Made by a program: the position numbers and the translations under genes | Shown here: positions 59,737-64,000 of the stretch, piece after piece | Layout: each line of letters opens with the position of its first letter | How positions within the stretch are numbered: the first letter of the stretch is position 1 | The notes under the pieces: model-generated | Told to the model about the DNA's origin: nothing | What the model saw: the letters and a program-made list of their open reading frames with translations, nothing else | Databases searched by the model: none | Source of the DNA: the human T2T-CHM13v2.0 reference genome, Homo sapiens | Reading direction: 5' to 3' (one strand) | Assembly: GCF_009914755.1 (NCBI RefSeq) | Contig: NC_060939.1 | Length of the DNA stretch: 64,000 nucleotides

Positions 59737-62259
59737 TAATAGTGCATATCTTGGTATAAACAACCCAAGTGTTTATCAACTGATGCATGGATAAATAAAA
59801 GGTAATATAGCCATACAATGGAATATTAATACACTTATCCCAGGCCACTTTTCCCTCCACAAAAGTTGATGGCCAGATATCCTACATAGAGCTCTGCCTT
59901 CCAGGAGGATCACAGCCATGGGTGGAGTCATAGGGGGGCGGCAGACCATTTTTGACGCACAGCAACAAATCAAGGCATTCCATTCATGGACCAGACCCAG
60001 TTTTTTCCTGCTCACAGTAGCTGGTTGTATGGAACTCTCCACGAGGCCTTAGGTTTGAGCTGAGACAAAGGTATTGGTACAACAGAGGTGGGCGGCATGG
60101 GGATTTGGGATACCTGACAGTGTAAATTATTTGAGCTCTTCAGTTTTATTTGGGCCTAATCTCAAACATACCGATTCCACCATATGATGGATTGCTACTG
60201 TGTTCTCAAATTTGTGACTTGGTGGATGTGACAGGACCCAACTTATAAGGTTAGCTCCACTCAAACAGTCACCTAGCACCCCATGGTCATGCACTCAGTT
60301 TCAGCCAGGGTTCTGGTCTACCAGGGACTGATGTTTAAATAATGGCTATCTCTCTGCTGCAGGTAGCAAATCCTTTCTCCAGGACCTTAGGGATTTGTGC
60401 TATGACTCTCCTAAAATAATTTTTCAGAGATGCCACATAGCACCCTTATCTATCACAGGTACCTATAGCCCCATTGTGCTGGATTATATGACCTCCCCAC
60501 CCTCTGCCCCATGGCAGGGCTGCTTTTGCTGAAGCCTGGACCTGCTGAAGAGCTCACTTTTACCCTAGGCCCAATTCAAAATCAGCTGCCTTCCAATGCA
60601 TCTGATAAATGGGACTGAATAATATTCCCAACCATGGTATGTGCTATTTCCAAAATTCAAAGAGAGCTTCCAAGTACTCTGCCACTTTTTCAGTGCTAGG
60701 AGGTACAAGGTACAATCGTTTGTCTTTTACTTGAAGATATTCCAGCATACCCCAGACCACTGGGCCCCTGAAAACCTCACTGGTATGGTATTCTCCCTAA
60801 ATTTTTATGGGATTTATCTGTTACCCTCTGGCCCTCAAGTGTCTTGCCAGGGCTTCCAGAATACTTATCATTTCCTCCTTACCAAGTCTGACTAATGTGA
60901 TTTAATCAATATGGTAAACCAGCATGAAGTTCTTCAGAATATCAAGATAATCAAGGTCCCTTTAGACTATATTGTAACGGGGAGCAGGAGAGTTAATCAA
61001 GCTCTAGGCAAGACAAGTGAATGTGTACAGCTCTGTGTCTTAGGTAAATGCAAACTACTACTAACCTCCTTTCCTAATGGAGGTTAAAAATAACACATTC
61101 ACCAGCTTAATAGATGCAGACTCAGTATCATACACTGTGTTGATCTAGTCAGTAAAGATAGCAAATTTCATATAGTAGCTGGGATTGGGACTACCACTTG
61201 CTTAAATTTATGGGAATCCACCATCATTTGTCTTGGTCAATCTGATTTGTAGGTCCTTAAGAAAGAATGGTGGTAATCTCTGCTATTCCACCCAGTATGC
61301 AGTACAACTACTTCTAATTTACTATCTTGGTTGGTAGGAGGAATAGTTTAAGGGGCTTCTGTCTGGCCTTTCATACTACAATGACTCTTACCCCACAGGC
61401 CAGGGAACCAACTACTAAGTGTATCTATCTCAATAATGCAATCGGGACTGAGAAAATTGACTTATACCAGGACTCCATGTAATACCCAGCCTGCATATAC
61501 CCCTACTCTAAGTATGGGGACCATGATGACATTTTGGGTCTTTGTGGTATCAAATGTCAGCTCATTTAAAGGCTCTATATCCAATAGCCTTTAAAAGATC
61601 TGGACAGCCCTGTGCATCATTACCGTGCTAAACGACTATAGGTCCCTTTGGGATAAGGGTTGAGGGAACACCTACTTGCATACACTTGATGTAACATTAT
61701 AGGGTCCTTCTTCAAGGGAGTATAGCCCCCTTCAAGCAAGTGCTCTAAAAACTGGCTCATGTCTGGAAAACAGTGAGAGATCATGATGTTTTTCCATTGC
61801 AATCAACTTTCTGCTCACCCTCTCTTGATCTATTTTGATCTTGTAAGTTAAGCCACATCCTCATTGACCCACCATTTATCTTGTGCCTAGAAACATCATT
61901 GTTTATTAGCCGTTGCTCTGAAGCCATGTGGGTTAGGACTCTTGATTTTCTTCTGGCCTTGCTGTTCATCATGGTAATTACACCCACATTTTCTCTGGCA
62001 GTTAAGTGCTGCCCCATGGCTGTGCTATTCCTGAATCCTATCATCTCATTGATATTAGGGACTCCAGTTCCATAGCACATCTTTTACCTTTAACCCTGGC
62101 CCACACAGGACAGCCACCACGGAACCCCTCACTAGCTTATTCCTTATTATTTTAATGAAGGAAGTGTCTTCTTGGCCTTTCCAGGGAATATAGTCAGCTG
62201 GAGTGTTCTCTAAAATTGCATAATAAATGCGTTCTAACACACTCATTTTTCTGAGGCTT

Positions 62260-62527
62260 CTTTTTTTTTTCTTTTTTTTTGACAAGAGTGCAGTGGCACA
62301 ATAATAGCTCGCTGCAACCTCGAACTCCTGGGCTCAAGCGACCCTCTTGCCTCAACCTCTAGAGCAGCTGGGACTATAGGTGCATGCCACCTCACCCAGC
62401 TATTTTTTTTAAGAGGCGGGGTCTTGCTATGTTGCCCAGGCTGGTCTTGAACCCCTGGCCTCAAGTGATCTTCCCGCCTCAGCCTCCCAAAGTGCTGGGA
62501 TTACAGGCATGAGCCACTGTGTTTGGC
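62260..62527 (-). mobile_element. Alu (AluJ-type) with small deletion
   Basis: TSD TTTTCTGAGGCTT. Confidence 0.92.
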
Positions 62528-62877
62528 TTTTCTGAGGCTTTTGACCTCCTCCTCAGTACTCTGCTAAGCCATCTCCCCTTTCTTTCCTACAGACTATCAC
62601 TGATTCCAAGCTTCAAGGAGCCATTCCATATTAGGATCAGCTCCAGGCATCCTCATTGGGATGTTAAATCCAAAGCCACAAGTGTGTCTCCATATCATTA
62701 AATCTTCCATGTCCAGCCTTATCTTTCAACCTCATTAGTCCAGCAATCTTGGAATCCATTCCCACATATGTTTTCCCACAGCTCTTTTGGTGAATAATCC
62801 CTTATCTTTAATGGCAACAATCATACTTTTCAACTGAAAGCACGCTGAGACCTGACCGTACTTATCAATCTAGAAGT

Positions 62878-63190
<313 letters not shown>

Positions 63191-63565
63191 AGAGAAGCAA
63201 GGAGGGTGGCAATGGGAGGTTGCCCTCCTAACAAGTGGTGGTGGAGGTGAGAAGGGCACACCTACTGGCTCAGAAGGGTCTAGATTCTTAAAGGCATCTA
63301 CCCAAATATCCCATGTATCAGTGTCCTGACCTCACCTTATCAGTGCTGTGATTTTGGCATAGGAGATTTGTTAGGGCTATTAATTCATCTTCCTCTGTAA
63401 CTCCACCACCCTTGCAATCAAATCTTGTCCTTATTTTTAGTACAATCGTCTTTCAGCTGCAGGAGATGCAGGTCACTAACATTGCCACCAGGCCGTGTGG
63501 TCTTCACATTGTATCCAGACTTAACAGGACGCTGACATGAATTTGGTATTTTTTTCCCCTGCTGA

Positions 63566-63886
<321 letters not shown>

Positions 63887-64000
63887 TAACAACAGCCAAC
63901 CAATTCTGCCTTCTCTGTAATTACCATTGCGCCCTTATCTTTCAAGTGCCAGAGCTATTGAATAAGCATTGCATTCCATTCCACCTGTATTCCGCCCCAA

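Overview
Mammalian, most likely human, genomic DNA (Alu-rich) carrying the 5' end of HCN4, the pacemaker 'funny current' channel gene, on the minus strand. Coding exon 1 is 9403->8619 (785 nt) and ends at an AG|GTAAG donor. It lies in a ~2.4 kb CpG island, with a uORF-bearing 5'UTR and a promoter near 10.1 kb. Bases 1-8618 are intron 1. Bases ~10.2-64 kb are upstream intergenic DNA with no other supportable gene, increasingly filled with Alu, L1, L2, MIR, MaLR/ERV1/ERVL and hAT/mariner relics. The most unusual structure is a ~1.9 kb, 12-bp-unit minisatellite ~7-9 kb upstream of HCN4. Its units toggle by one base between a MEIS/TALE site (TGACAG) and a GATA site (TGATAG), and five of its six frames lack stops. 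Also notable: a tailless, doubly truncated AluYb-type insertion with a 13-bp duplication; a candidate RE1 site; a Z-/H-DNA cluster; a (GGAA)14 microsatellite; and a nested transposon stack. Repeat family names come from remembered consensus sequences and their boundaries are approximate.
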